Shown here in pieces: positions 38,125 to 51,547 of a stretch of DNA of 64,000 nucleotides. The stretch lies in contig OZ024742.1 of assembly GCA_964016885.1 (NCBI GenBank), positions 180,916,001-180,980,000 on the forward strand, given 5' to 3'. The position numbers were made by a program, and so were the translations under genes. Source of the stretch: Eledone cirrhosa (lineage: Eukaryota). Numbering within the stretch: position 1 is the stretch's first letter; every line of letters starts with the position of its first letter. Under the pieces are notes generated by a model. The model had not been told where the DNA came from, did not search any database, and saw only the letters and a program-made list of their open reading frames with translations.

Positions 38125-41100
38125 AAGAGGACAGCAACTTGCTGTACAAACATGGATAAAGTAAACACACTCACTGATTGATTGTATTGTCTCCTGCTGA
38201 AGTAGACTGCCATTAGTCTCAGGGGGTTTCTAATGACTACATTATATGATGTACTTTTAACATAGTTACAGCAGAGAACATAAAGAATTATTTACTAAAC
38301 AGCTAAAACATAAATGAGAAGCTGAAAGGATGCAATTATCTCACTCATACTAGAATCATACATCTGAGAAGAAAGGAAATCATTTTGAAAAACATTTAAC
38401 TAAGAATTAGAGATCAGAAAGAAATTAAAATGTGATGGAGAGATATCGCAACAAACACCATTAAAAAATGACAGCTTCTTCTCAAAGATAAATATTGCAG
38501 AGAAAATAAGTATGTGTGTGTGAGAGAGAGTATGTGTGTGTGGTGAGTGTCTGTATCTGTGTGTGTGTGTGTGTGAGAGAGAGAGTGTGTGTGTGTGTTT
38601 GTGTGTGTGTGTGTCTGGTAAGTGCTGTATGTGTGTGTGTGCGTGAGCGCGCATGTTTCCAGAAAATATTGTCGAGAGATAATACCAGTATGAAGGAAAT
38701 ATTAGTTTATTTTTTGAGGGGTGGATTTTGTTGTTTCAAATATTCCTTGCTTGTGTAGATGCTTTCTTCATTTTTATGTATTTTCATGTTTATAATTCCA
38801 TTTGACAAATGTAGAAGAAATATTAGTTGACAGTCATGCTAAAAATGTGTGTGTATCATGGATTTAAAAAAAAGAAAGAAAATCTGGTAGACTTTATGTA
38901 ACCATCAGAGAGTTCCTATGCTTGAGAAGTTGACACTCCAACAGTAATCTCTGCAGCAATAAGAAACCTCTAATATTCACAAAGCTGTCAGATAAAATAT
39001 CAATTCTTATCCATTTTATTTTACAGCTTTGAAGAAATCTAATATATCGTTAGAAATATTATCAGTGATAAGTTGCGCTACATAACTTCATTGTCAATTT
39101 AATTATTTAAGGAAAGCTACAGTCTTCATCTATCTAAGAGGGCCTTTATCATGTTTACTTACCTTAAGAGATTTAATTCTGAAAAATGTGTGTAATTTAA
39201 TTTATCTAAAAGTGTCAGAAAGTTGTTGGCATAGTCAATTTTCAGAGGACAATTTCAACTAGATTAACCAGTAAAGTGTAGAAGAATCTATTTATATCCT
39301 AAAATGAAAGGGAAGCTCTAAGTAGTAATTTGATCTACTAGAAACAGCCGCCCAATTACTCAAATCACAACCATCTTAAAAATTGGAAGAGAACATTAGA
39401 TAATATAATCCTAGACATTCCTAAAAAGGTAGAATGGTCAAGAAGGGACTTCTTTTAATTACAGGACAATTCAAACAGGATGTCCTGGTGAAACAATAGC
39501 AGCTGATATTCTGTTACAAGTGTTTTATTGTGACTATATTCAAAATGTTTAATTCAATAAATGCTATAAATGAGATCATCATCATCATCATCATCATCAT
39601 CATTTAATGTCCGTTTTTCCAGGCTAGCATGGGTTAGATGAAGTGTCTCGTTTTTGGACACGCCACATCAGATGACTTTGTCTTGTTCCTACAGAACTGA
39701 TTCTGGCTTGGTTTCTATGGCTGGATACCCTTTCTAATGCCAACCACATTTACAGTATGTACTGGGCGCTTTTACTGTGATACCAACATGGCCACTTTAC
39801 AGTATGGGCTAGGCACTTTTTGTCATGAAAACATAACCACTTTACAGTGGGGACTGGGTGGTTTTTGTCAACAACAGGATGGTAAAATTTGTTGTTGTCA
39901 TCGGAAGGAGCATTATAATATTTGTTACTGAGTTCAGTTCCTGCAATGTATTTAGTTTTGAAATGGAAGAGCTGGTGTCATGTTCATTAACCCTAGTTGC
40001 ATTACATAATCCAACTTAATCTATCATATTTGGAAACCACATATTCTCTCAAATATCAATTTATTTACTGTGTGTATCTAATTTAATATAGCAACATTGG
40101 ATCTCTGCATGCTGTAAGAGACAATTAAAATGGGCCAGGAAAGGCATCAAGCTATAAATATATTGCTTCAAAAAAAGACCCCATGCTTAGGCCTGTCATC
40201 AGGTTTTGGTGCTCTGGTAGGGGTGGGGTTACAAAATATTATGTATACTTTAAAAATTTTGATACCAAACAATTTGAAACTACCCCTGCTTCTATTCTAC
40301 AAAACTGTTTATTTTTAAATGCTTATATTTATCTAAACATCCTCCATCATTATGAAAACATTAGTTATATCAGTTTTATGTGAGAAACTTTAAGTAATAT
40401 TCCAAACATTACTTTAAGAATGAGAAAGTTAATCATAAAAACTAGATCCCTTTAAATTATTGATTATTTTCAAAATGATTTGAAAATTATACGTAATGTA
40501 TTTCATTAGAAATGTGGTAACAAAATGATTGCCAAATACACTTTACTTTTCATCGTTCAGTGTACCTAAGTGTAAATAGAGGACAGGAAGAATTTCTGAA
40601 CAATGGTGTAAAGATCAAGGACACTATTTAACTAACAAATACTTTATTAGCTTATGTTAGACGGAAAATCTCCTCATATGAGGAAAAAAATATGAAATGA
40701 GTCTTTTCCTGTGATAAAGTCTTTTGTAATGTCTCAAGTATCTGAATGGAATCAACTATAATAATATGCCACGTATATTTAGATTTATATCTGCCTGTAA
40801 CACTTTAAAAATCACTCACACAAGCTTACACAATGTATTTCCTATTTCAGTAATATTGCTTCTACAAGAAATCTGCTTTCCAATTACAAGGTCTTACGTT
40901 CTAACTCTATATTTGTCTCTGTGAATAGTTATTTCTCCAAAGTTACTTATACATTTAATCTTGTATACTAGATTTCCCAACCTGGACAGTTTCAATTGTT
41001 GGGTGGACGATTAGCAACTGAACAGAAAATGGTTGTTGATATACAGTGCCTCTAAGAGAAATTTTGCAAGGCAGTACAAGATCCATTTGGGGCCAAAATC

Positions 41101-41779
41101 AGGTAAAGATTTTTTTTAAAATGATGTAGCATAGTTGCTATGGAGCCTTCTTACCTCTTGGGCCCTGGAACAAAGTATCAGCTGGACCCCCCTCATAGGC
41201 CCTGAGGATATAGGATACTGAGTATTTTAACATATGCTACCTGAAAAATATTCAAAGGAGATATGCAAAGATACTGCATTAGAAAAAGCAGGAGGCTATT
41301 TGGGAATAACTACTAGACCATATTCCTAGATAAAGTATAAACATCTCTACAGATAAAGAACATTCTGTATTTTTTATAGTTTTGAGAATGGTCATTAACA
41401 TTCAAATACTTCTTTGGATGAAATAACATTTTTTTTTTCCGGATACAAATCAGCAGATAAGGGAAGACCAAGAACAACTTTGCTAGTAAATTCAAGAAGT
41501 GACATCAAGATAAACTTGCCAAATGTATCCCATTTACATATACATGCTACTGCTGAACATTTATGTAATTACATCCATATAATAAATTATCAAAATATTT
41601 TTTATCTTAAACATTTTAGCATTTAAATCAGCCATATCCGGCCAGAATTCTATCACCTATTTTTGTTCAAACTGATCGTAACTGGCCTCTCATACCAACA
41701 TTAATGCATTATTCTTAAAATAAATATCAAAATATCATCGATTCCGTATTATATGCGATAATTTTCTGTGAAAATACAA

Positions 41780-42735
41780 TCTATCTATCTATCTATATAA
41801 AACTGTGGTTGTCTGTCTGTCTATCGATTTTTGGCACACATCTCCTCTTAGAATCTCTGACGGAATTGCACCGAAATTGCTATACTTGTACATTGAGCCC
41901 TAGCGAAGACATCGGACAAAAAATATTTCAAATTGACCCGCCCTATGTGACGAAATCGAATATAATGTATCGATTTTTGAGCGTAAGTTATCAGTTATTT
42001 CCCTTTGTTCTGTTTACATTGAGCATCTTACGTAAAAAATTACGCTGGCTTTCTCAGCGTTTAAAATGACATTAACACAATACACGAACAGTTGTCGAGC
42101 CAGCAAAATATTGACCTGCAAAATTCATTAGTTCGAACACTAAGCTTCCGTTTTGCTTCATTTCCATTTAAAAGCATTTTAAAATAATATTTTTACTTGA
42201 AAACAAGTCTATTTAAAGACTACGTAAAACAAGCAAATATTTCGTCGTTAGGCGTGCAGACAGACAGTCGTGCAGACAGACAGTCGTGCAGAGAGGTGAT
42301 ATACGCGTGCAGACAGATAGTCGTGCAGAGAGGTTATATAGGCGTGCAGACAGACAGTCGTGCAGAGAGGTGATATAGGCGTGCAGACAGACAGTCGTGC
42401 AGAGAGGTGATATAGGCGTGCAGACAGACATAACTGATAATTTGGTTACGCTAATGTTTTTCTCTGCGTTGCAGTGTTTACATTTTCGATCTTTGTTAAT
42501 AAATAACCAGTGCAGTTTCTATCCCCAGCATCCTCTTTTGTTATAACATTCGGGTTATCGTTATGTTTTCTTAACTTCATAAGGCATATTGTTGGTTGAG
42601 GGAATATTAATCAAAAACACTACATGCAAGTCTGCACAGTAGACACTACAGTTTTTAAGCCAAGAAAGAAACTTAACATTGTAACTTTAACACAGCTACT
42701 GAGCGACCCCGAGCAACGCCGGGCTTTACTGTTAG
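41780..42735 (+). mobile_element. Non-autonomous Helitron
   Basis: A|TC start, then tatataaaactgtggttgtctgt. The 3' hairpin cccgagcaacgccggg is followed by TTAG|T (a CTAG variant). Confidence 0.75.
42250..42430. repeat. ~37 bp minisatellite inside the Helitron
   Basis: About five copies of aggcgtgcagacagacagtcgtgcagagaggtgatat. Confidence 0.9.
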
Positions 42736-44004
42736 TAGTAAATAAAGTCATGTGAATGCTAAAGGGTTAATCACTTCCACATGTCAGTAGCCAACATAAA
42801 CTATAGGGTTTCTCTCATGCAAATTTCCCATTTTGTATGATTGGTCATATATCTGGCAATCCTGGTGTGTATGCCATGCTAATCCTGGACTCCATAAATT
42901 AAATATATTCAATGCTGCTGGTGTCATTATTGATAACACTGATTTGCTAGTTTTTAAGAAATCTCTTTATCAGTTTTATATCATCATTTCTTGCTACATT
43001 GGATGCATTTTCATCATCATCATCGTTTTTATGTTCATTTTTACACACTTGCATGGGTTGGACGAATCCTTTTCAGCATCTCTCCACATACTGTGTTGCT
43101 ACATCATCTCCTCTGAGTCTCAGCACCTTGAGATCAGCTTTCACATCTTCTGCCCAGGTCTTCCTTGGTCTACCTCTACCATGGCTTCCTTCCACTGAGA
43201 TTTCCTGGCACTTCTTCACCCAGTGATACCTAACATTTTATTGATCTATACTTATCTGTGTGGTTAAGAAGTTTACTTTTCAGCCATGTCATTTGGGGTT
43301 CTATCTCACTATGAAGCAAGTGTCTTCTACTATAGCCCCGGGTTGAGCAATTCCATGTAAGTTAAATTTGGTTGATGGAAACTGCACAGAATCCAATCAT
43401 GTGTTTGTGAGAATATATAAATACATTTTGTGGTGGTGGTGGTGGTGGTGGTGGTGGTGGTGGCAGTGGCGGTGGTGGCGGTGGTGGTAGTGGCGACAAT
43501 ATCTATGGTAATATGTTGATGAGATGGTGTAAGTGGCTCAGTTTTATATGTAAACATTAGCTCTTCATCATGACTGAGAGGAGAGTTGCTGCTGTTGTTT
43601 AGCAAACTGCAATATTTGCACAACATGATGAAATGTTAGTGTTATCTCTGAATCCTATTCACAAAATCAATGACATGTCCTCCATAACATTCTCTCATGG
43701 ATGATTTATTATCGGAAACTGGTTGTACGAAGGTTAATGTGGCTCCATTAATACTATTTGCTATGCTTTTGAATATTTGTTTTGTATCTTTTACCTATAT
43801 TTTCTCCCCTCATATTCCCTATTCATATCACTGTCCTCATTCAAGGTCTAATAGATGCTCTTGGATTTTATGGTTTTATATAAACAAGACAACAACAATA
43901 GAAACAGTAACAACAGCAACATTGGATTGACATAATATATCTCTTGAATGAAAGAACACATGCAGTCTTTGCAAATATTAACAAAATAGAGTAAAATAGA
44001 AACT

Positions 44005-44085
44005 TTGGTTGTTGTTGTTGGTGGTTGTGGTGGTGGTGGTGATCATTGTCATGTTTTTTTTTTATGGTGGTGGTTGCCGTCATTG

Positions 44086-44116
<31 letters not shown>

Positions 44117-44330
44117 AGAGGTGGTGGTGGTGGTGGTGGTGATCAGCGTCGTGATTTTCTTTTTGTTTTGATCGTGGTGGTTGTTGCCGTTGTGTTGTTG
44201 TTGTTGCTGTGTTGTTCTTGTTGTTCTTCTTGTTGTTGTTGGTAGTGGTGGTGGTTGCTGCCATTGTGTTGTTGTTGATGTTGTTCTTGTTGGTTGTGGT
44301 GGTGGTGGTGGTCATGGTGGTGGTGTTTGT
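44005..44330. repeat. (GGT)/(GTT) triplet tract
   Basis: Directly visible. Confidence 0.9.
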
Positions 44331-44917
44331 AATAAAGAGGATTATAATGAAATGTGAATAGCAAGCATTAATCTCAATGGTAATGTTATATTTGCTTGCT
44401 GTCTGTAATTCCTCCTACATGAGACACAAGATTTCAATGCCATTGTAGATATAAAATCTATGGCTGAATCAAAAATAATATATAAAATTACATAAAAGAT
44501 AGAAAAATAAGATTTTTCTCCATCAAAATATCTTAAAACTTTGCATTATTTCTTGTGTTATAACTATTATTATTTTTTTCCCCAGTACTATCTAATAGAA
44601 AATGTATTTTTTTTCATAGCCTCTGCTGCCTCTGATATTGATATGTGCAACTGGAAGAGATTGAAGCTGTTAATATTCAGTTTAAGGTTTTGAAGATCAT
44701 TTGTTGAGAGATTGTGATTGCTTCTGTTGAGGATCCAATTTCAAACCAATCAAACATTGGTTCAATCCACATCATAGCTGTCTTTATACTGTCCTTCTTT
44801 AAAATAGGCACTCTTCAGGTATTATTGACCATAGTGTGTGTGACAGCTCACACCTATGCAGGTTTAGCTGGCCTCCTCCAAGGTATATCTCATTGGAGGT
44901 ATCTTGGGTGATTTAAT

Positions 44918-45081
44918 GATAGGGACCCCAGTCCTATCATCTCATTTCTACAGCTGAGTAAACTGGAGCAACATGAAATAAAGTGTCTTGCTCAAGGAAA
45001 CAACACATCACCCGGTCCGAGAATTGAACTCACAACCTTTCAATTGCAAGCCCAATGCTCTAACTACTAAGCCATGTGCCT
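44918..45081 (-). mobile_element. SINE family B, 5' half
   Basis: Reverse complement of 56705-56870. Confidence 0.85.
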
Positions 45082-45169
45082 TTACTATTGACCGTAGGCT
45101 TAAACCTGAAAACTCCAAGTTGTAAGCCTATACATAAATAAGACTATTGATTGTCTTAACCCATAAACC

Positions 45170-45745
45170 TGCAATCCCAGTTATGTAAACCAACCAGGGA
45201 TCACACCAGCCACCAAATGAAGAAGACAGACGTTATAAAGCTACACCTGTCATGTTACTACTTCCCCATGAGACATTATGTGATAGCTAGAACGATCCGG
45301 AATGCATTATGGAAAATGAAAATCTAATCAAATAGGGAAGAAAATGTTGAGACTGATGGCTCAAAGAAATACTGTTGGAACCTAAAAATAAAAACTGCCA
45401 CCAAATTAAAGCACAACCAGCCTGTTATTGTTGTTTAGGATCACACATTAAAACATGCTCTGTTGTAGAAATCAGCTGTCCACCTGATGACAGTGTAGTA
45501 AGAAAATGCAAGAGGAGTATACCTATGGACCATTGATGAGGAGTTTGCAGATCCAGTATTCAAGATACACATTCACCTTCATACCCATTATAATTGGAGC
45601 TATATAGCGACTTGCCTGGACCAAAGTATAACTGAACTTTAGTTTGTGGAGAAATAAAATAGCTCTTTAATCCATAAGCTACAAATAGCTGCAATATTTA
45701 GAACCTTCAAAATTTGTAAAATTTTATTCAGATTCAAAGGCTAAA
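45170..45745 (+). mobile_element. R4-like RLE LINE 3' fragment
   Basis: Encodes YYFPMRH, WNLKIKT..KHNQPVIVV, VEISCP, YGPLMRSLQ and FIPIIIGA. Confidence 0.7.
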
Positions 45746-46514
45746 TGCTTACACAAGTGACAATGATCATTTTTTCTTTACAATCTTGCTAAAGAGAACA
45801 TGCATGCATATACATACATACATGATGGCTGCCCCCTCGTTATCGTGCAATTGCACGATATAACATTATTAATAATTATCAATTAATTCTATCGTGCAAT
45901 GCCTGTATGTGAAGATTTCTTTAAAGTGAGGAAAGACTGTACACTGAGCCAATCCCACTCTCTGAGCGACAGTAGTTATAACCTGAAAATAAGAAAAGAT
46001 CAACATCATCGGTAACTACTGAGCCGCAAGTTTTATATCGGAGTTATCCCAGTTTCCTGAGTTGCCTTCTCCTAGAAGAATGCCCTGACAAAGGCTAGGG
46101 GTCCTTCACTCCCAGTGGCTTACATACATACATACACGTACATACATACATACATACATACATACTGCTGTGATTGATATGCATAATATCTTTAAGAATT
46201 TCCACTAGCAGACAATTGAGCTAGATACAGCTAATACTTAGTATCTATAACATTAACAAGCCCCACTAGTACACAAATGAGATTGATACAACTTATGTTA
46301 AGATCCCACTACTAAATATGTGTTATTAAATCAGCTAATATTGAATGCCCATAACATTAGCGCTTTTTGATACCAGCCAGCACAAAACTGCCACTGGTTC
46401 TATGAAACAAAGCCACTCATTTTAAAGAGATTATATTTAAATTAAAATCTTCCAACATAATATTGCTTTTGTTAAATTATGTTATAAATACCATTTTCAT
46501 TATTAAATAATTAA

Positions 46515-46732
46515 AGGCACTAGATTAGCAGTTTCAGAAGAGTGACGGACACCATGCCTTGCAGTATGGAGTTACAGCTCTTTATGTTCCGATTTCAAAT
46601 CCTGCTGAGGTAAGCTTTGCCATTCATCCTTACTGGGTCAATAAAATAAAGCATCAGAAATGCACTGGGGGTTGATTTAAACAACTTTTCCTTCCCAAAA
46701 AGTTGTTGGCCTTGTGTCTAAATCAGAAACAA
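46515..46732 (+). mobile_element. SINE A relative with a 15 bp TSD
   Basis: Flanked by ttattaaataattaa at 46500-46514 and 46733-46747. Confidence 0.75.
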
Positions 46733-47275
46733 TTATTAAATAATTAATAGTTTTAGAAAATCTTTCCAAATTCTCCAATAATTAATTTAAATACAGTGTA
46801 TTTTGTTAGAAATACAGCAAGGAAAGGGTTAAGAGGCCTAACAATTAACCAAGTGAAATTAAACGAACTAATAATCAGTGTCCATGACCTTAATATACCC
46901 TACTTGACAGGTAACATTGATGCAGCTAATGTCAATAAGAGTAAAAAAAACAGTGGTGAAGTGTGAACTGTCAGCCTCGTCTGAATATTTGCATTTGGGT
47001 GGACCCTGATAAAGACACCCAATAATCATGTAGTGGTATTACACTGGGTTTCATATCAGCTCCAAACTTTTAAATTGCTGTATTTCATATACTGAAACAT
47101 TTTTTACAACAATGGAAACCATTTTTTGTTAAAGATATCACACCAACTAATGTTTAGTTACATTAACATTTATCATCATAACCCCTCCTACTTGGCAATA
47201 CTCTCAACATCATCATTATCACCACCATTGCTATATTGATGTTTTTGAAACTGAAATACACTATCTTTCATATAT

Positions 47276-47420
47276 AATTGCTTCTACTTTTGACACAAGG
47301 CCAGCAATAACCCAGTGCATTACTAATACTTTATTTTATTGACCTCATCAGGATGAAAAGCAAAGTTAACCTCAGTGGAATTTTGAATTCAGAACGTAAA
47401 GGGCCATGACTCTATTGCTA
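47276..47420 (-). mobile_element. SINE family A (partial)
   Basis: Reverse complement of the family A body. Confidence 0.75.
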
Positions 47421-48042
47421 TATATAATATACAAATTTAAGTCTTCCTGGCTACCTTAGAAAAAAAATAAATATCAGCTATCACACACCTACTCATTCCT
47501 TCATTAACTTTATTAACTGCACCTACTTCCACAATGTTTTAACACCTTTGTTGAGTCTCCTACATTTTTCTCACCTCAAATTCCTCCTTTATATCTCTCA
47601 TAAATTGGCAGAGATGTTAGAACCTAGAAAATATTCCTTGCAGTATTTGTTCTAGTTCTCTGCATTCTGAGTTCAAATGCCATTGAGGATCACTTTGATT
47701 TTCACCCTTGCAATATCAATAAAATACAGTATCAGTCTAAGGTGACAGAATTGTTAGTGTGTTAAACAAGATTACTTGCAATGTTTGTTCCAGTTATTTA
47801 TGTTCAGAATTCATATACTGCTGCAGCCTTCTTGGATGATAGACTTAACTAGTTGTGTCACTCATCTAGTCTAACACCACCACTTGGTCTTGGATACCTT
47901 TAGTTCAGCCCAGGCTGGTGAAAGTATTTCAGCTAGGGGTCCAGTTTCAAGATATCTTCCTTCATCCTATTAGTCTTAGAGACCTTGAAAGATGTTGTGG
48001 GAACTGATCTTCCCTCACTCCCTAAACATGTCTTGAAAATTT

Positions 48043-48438
48043 TGGCAGTATCGATAGAAGGTCGGATACCATGCTTTGCAGCATAGAGTTATGGCCCTTT
48101 ATGATCTGAGATCAAATCCTGCCAAGGTTAACTTTGCCTTTCATCCTTACAGGGTCAATAAAATAAAGTACCAGTAATGCACTGGGATAATTGCTGACCT
48201 TGTGCCAGAATTATTAAGAATACATATACGTCTAAGGCAGTATCGGTAGAGTATCGAACAACATGCTTTGCATCATAGAGTTATGGCCCTTTACGTAATG
48301 ATTTCAAATCCTGCTAAGGTTAGCTTCGCCTTTCGTTCTTCTGGGGTTGATAAAATAAAGCACTAGTTTAGCACTGGGTCAATTTAATCAACTCCCCGCC
48401 CACAATTGTTGGCCTTGTGCCTAAATCAGAAACCATTA
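48043..48438 (+). mobile_element. Two adjacent SINE A copies
   Basis: Copies at ~48043-48212 and ~48236-48438. Confidence 0.8.
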
Positions 48439-48589
48439 TTAACAATACATATATTCATACGAAGTCAAGTGTTTCTACTTTATCACTGAAACTATATTTT
48501 TTCCTTATATTTATCCTAGTAATTTACCTGATTTGTTACATTGACAGTCAGGTAAGACAGGCAAAAGAGGATTATGATAATGTTTGTGA

Positions 48590-48877
48590 TATCATCATCA
48601 TCATCATCATCATCATCATTCCATTTTACGTCCGCTTTTCCCTGCTTACAAGGGTGGGACGGGAACTGATGCTGGCTTGATTTCTACAGCTGGATGCCCT
48701 TCCTAACACCAACCTCATTTACAGTGAGTGCTGGGTGCTTTTTTGCAATTGCACCTCCACGACCACTTTGCAGTGGAATGATATGGACCTCAGTCCCTAT
48801 CATCTCATTTCTACAGCTGAGTAAACTGGAGCAATGTGAAATAAAGTGTCTTGCTCAAGGAAACAACACATCACCCA
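48590..48877 (-). mobile_element. SINE family B, 5'-truncated
   Basis: Reverse complement of 56773-57040. Confidence 0.85.
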
Positions 48878-48977
48878 TCATATATATGCATATACACATA
48901 CAAATACACACAAACATATATATATGTATATATATATGGAGGAAGTTATAGTTCACTTGAAGCATTGTGTAATGAGG

Positions 48978-50362
48978 TATAAACGTTTGTATTTGTAAAG
49001 CCAAAGCAATGCAGGTATGGACATAGAATATAAATGCAAATGCAAAAGATATTGTTGACAATTAGTCTTTTACCTTAAATTTATTTAAATGTCCTTAATT
49101 TTCGAGATAATATCTCTTCTTTGGCGGAAAGTAAAGCAGTTAAACCAGTGTTCTAAATGGCTTGCCAAGTCATGATGACAGGAAATGGTATAGAGTATCT
49201 CTAATGTCAAAGAGTTAAGGTTAGGTGGATAAAGAGTAGTCTCCCTTTAAAAGGGGTTTTGTACATGTATGTTTAAGTGTGTGGGAGAATACGTGAAGGT
49301 GTAAGTATGTGTGTGAGTGTGAGAAGATATGTCTATACGTAAATGTGGGGGATAAATGCTCTCTCGTGTTAGGACTGGTCTTTGTGTGTGTGAGAGAGAG
49401 AATAAGTGGAGGTGTAAGCGTGTGTGTGTATGCGTGTGTGTGTGCGTGTGTGTGGGAGGGGGTGTACGTATGGGGCTAGATGCTCTATCAAGTTATAAAT
49501 TGGGTGTTGAGTTGTAGTCTATTATTGATTGGTGGTTGTGTTTTGTCTATAATTAGTGCTTCCTTAATTCTAAGATTGCCGAGGTTTCTTTCCTTAGTTT
49601 CTATCCTAACTGTTATGGTTTTGTCGGTGTTTTTGCATTTCACTAGGTGTTTCTTAAATGAGGAAGCGTTAGTATTGAGGTGTTCTTTTAAGAAACACCT
49701 AGTGCAATGCAAAAACACCGACAATACCATAGCAGTTAGGAAAGAAACCTCGGCAATCTTAGAATTAAGGAAGCACTAATTATAGACAAAACACAACCAC
49801 CAATCAATAATAGACTAGAACTCAACACCCAATTTATAACTTGATAGAGCATCTAACCCCATACTTACACCCCCCCCCCCCCACACACAAACGCACATGC
49901 ACACACGCTTACACCTCCACTTATTCTCTCTCGCACACACACATACAAAGACCAGTCCTAACACGAGAGAGCATCTATCCCCCACATTTACGTATAGACA
50001 TATCTTCTCACACTCACACACATACTTACACCTTCACGTATTCTCCCACACACTTAAACATACATGTACAAAAACCCCTTTTAAAGGGAGACTACTCTTT
50101 ATCCACCTAACCTTAACTCTTTGACATTAGAGATAAAACTGATACTCTATACCATTTCCTGTCAGCATGACTTGGCAAGCTATTTAGAATACTGGTTTAA
50201 CCGCTTTACTTCCCTCCGAAGAAGAGATATTATCTCAAAAATTAAGGACATTTAAATAAATTTAAGGTAAAAGACTAATTGTCAACAATATCTTTTGCAT
50301 TTGCATTTATATTCTATGTCCACACCTGCATTGTTTTGGCTTTACAAATACAAACGTTTATA
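48978..50362. mobile_element. Penelope-like element 3' ends joined head to head (1.4 kb hairpin, ~680 bp arms, ~28 bp loop)
   Basis: Arms 48978-49658 and 49687-50362. They encode the GIY-YIG C-terminus KEHL..SSFKKHL..C..LRIKEALII....PPIN, and each arm carries an HHR-like motif. Confidence 0.9.
50212..50248 (+). ncRNA. Decayed minimal hammerhead (mirror copy at 49092-49128 on the minus strand)
   Basis: Two-arm consensus cct-CCGAAGA-a-gagata-t-tatctc-GAAA-at-TA-agg. Each copy has a different core mutation. Confidence 0.55.
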
Positions 50363-50476
50363 TATCTCTTTTACCTGTTTCAGCCATCCGGCTGAGACCA
50401 TGCTGGGGCACCATATATATATATATATAATATTAATTCAAAATATTAACAAAATAGACATTCTTGTGATCAATTA

Positions 50477-50543
50477 TATTTTATTATACATATTTCAGAG
50501 GTACTGAGTTAAGTTCAACAGTACGTCCTCATCAGATAAAATA
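50477..50543 (-). ncRNA. Type I hammerhead ribozyme with an intact core
   Basis: tattttat-CTGATGA-ggacgtactg..cagtacctct-GAAA-tatgta-TA-ataaaata, with a perfect 8 bp helix I. Confidence 0.85.
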
Positions 50544-50824
50544 AGATGATGCATGACATTCCCTGACATAGTAGATCGTTAAGATTCAGTCATGGTAGTG
50601 ATTAACATATGACAAAACTCAATATTTATACCCTAATATTGAGAACATGAGAAAAATATATGATACAAACAATAGAGAAGGTGCGTGTAATACAGCTTAA
50701 AAATTACATGGTTTCAATATAACAGTTTAAAAAATCCTGATAAAAATAATGGCATATATAAACGAAATTCTAAACATTCTAATAACTATAACTCAAACAC
50801 CTTTACTGTGAGTAAATAGGGGAA

Positions 50825-51547
50825 AAGAACCAGAACTAAATCAGTTATATGGTTTGCCCCCCCCCCCCTGCTTCTGTAGCAGTAAGAACACCAATAGCTA
50901 ATCTACTTTTTAAAGCTTTAGATAGTTCCTTCCCTAGTCAACATAAATAGCACTCCATATTTAATAGATACACAATTAAACTTTCTTATTCTACAACTAT
51001 GAATATGGCCCAAAACATCGCTAAACTAAATAGTGTAATTCTAAACCAAAATCAACATAATGCTATTAATAATAGTGTTAATATAAATAATAATAAATCG
51101 AAATGTAATTGTAGAAATAAACCAGATTGCCCTCTGCAAAATAATAGTCTGGATAGAAATCTGGTGTATAAATGCACCGTAAAAACAAATAACAACACAT
51201 ACAACTACATAGGGGCAACTTCTTCGACATTTAAATCGAGATTCGCGAATCAAAAATGCTCATTTTCAAATTTTAATAGGAAGTCTTCGACTTGTTTATC
51301 ACAACTTATATGGTCATTAAAAGACAAAAATTTAAAATACTCGATCTTTTGGACGAAGCTTTGTAATAGTAAAATATACACGAACTCGTCTATATCAACT
51401 AACTGCAACCTCTGCACAAAGGAGACCCTATTAATAATTACTAACTATGAAAACTTAATTAACAAAAAAAGTGAATTATTCTCAAACTGCCTTCATAAAG
51501 CTTTGTCTACATTCCAAGCCTCGCAAAAAGTCAGGAAAAAACACTAA
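50825..51547 (+). pseudogene. Penelope-like linker plus GIY-YIG endonuclease (Naiad/Chlamys-type)
   Basis: Encodes VIWFAPP, IFNRYTIKLSYS, CNCRNKPDCPL, LVYKC..YIGAT..FKSRF, LSQLIW.LK and CNLC.KE..INKKSEL..CLH. A frameshift and a stop lie upstream of 50999. Confidence 0.9.

Larger units (their letters stand above)
41607..42770. mobile_element. TTAA-flanked MITE (piggyBac-like ends) split by a Helitron
   Basis: ttaa-acattttagcatt at the left and aatgctaaaggg-ttaa at the right. Confidence 0.5.

Noticed and set aside
42250-42430. CRISPR-like periodic repeat
   Set aside because: There are no unique spacers and the context is eukaryotic, so it is a minisatellite.
44714-44911. Hydrophobic 65 aa ORF as a possible host exon
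   Set aside because: No recognisable homology or convincing splice sites.
45484-45508. CTGATGA..GAAA motif
   Set aside because: It lies within RLE coding sequence (CPPDD) and has no supporting helices.
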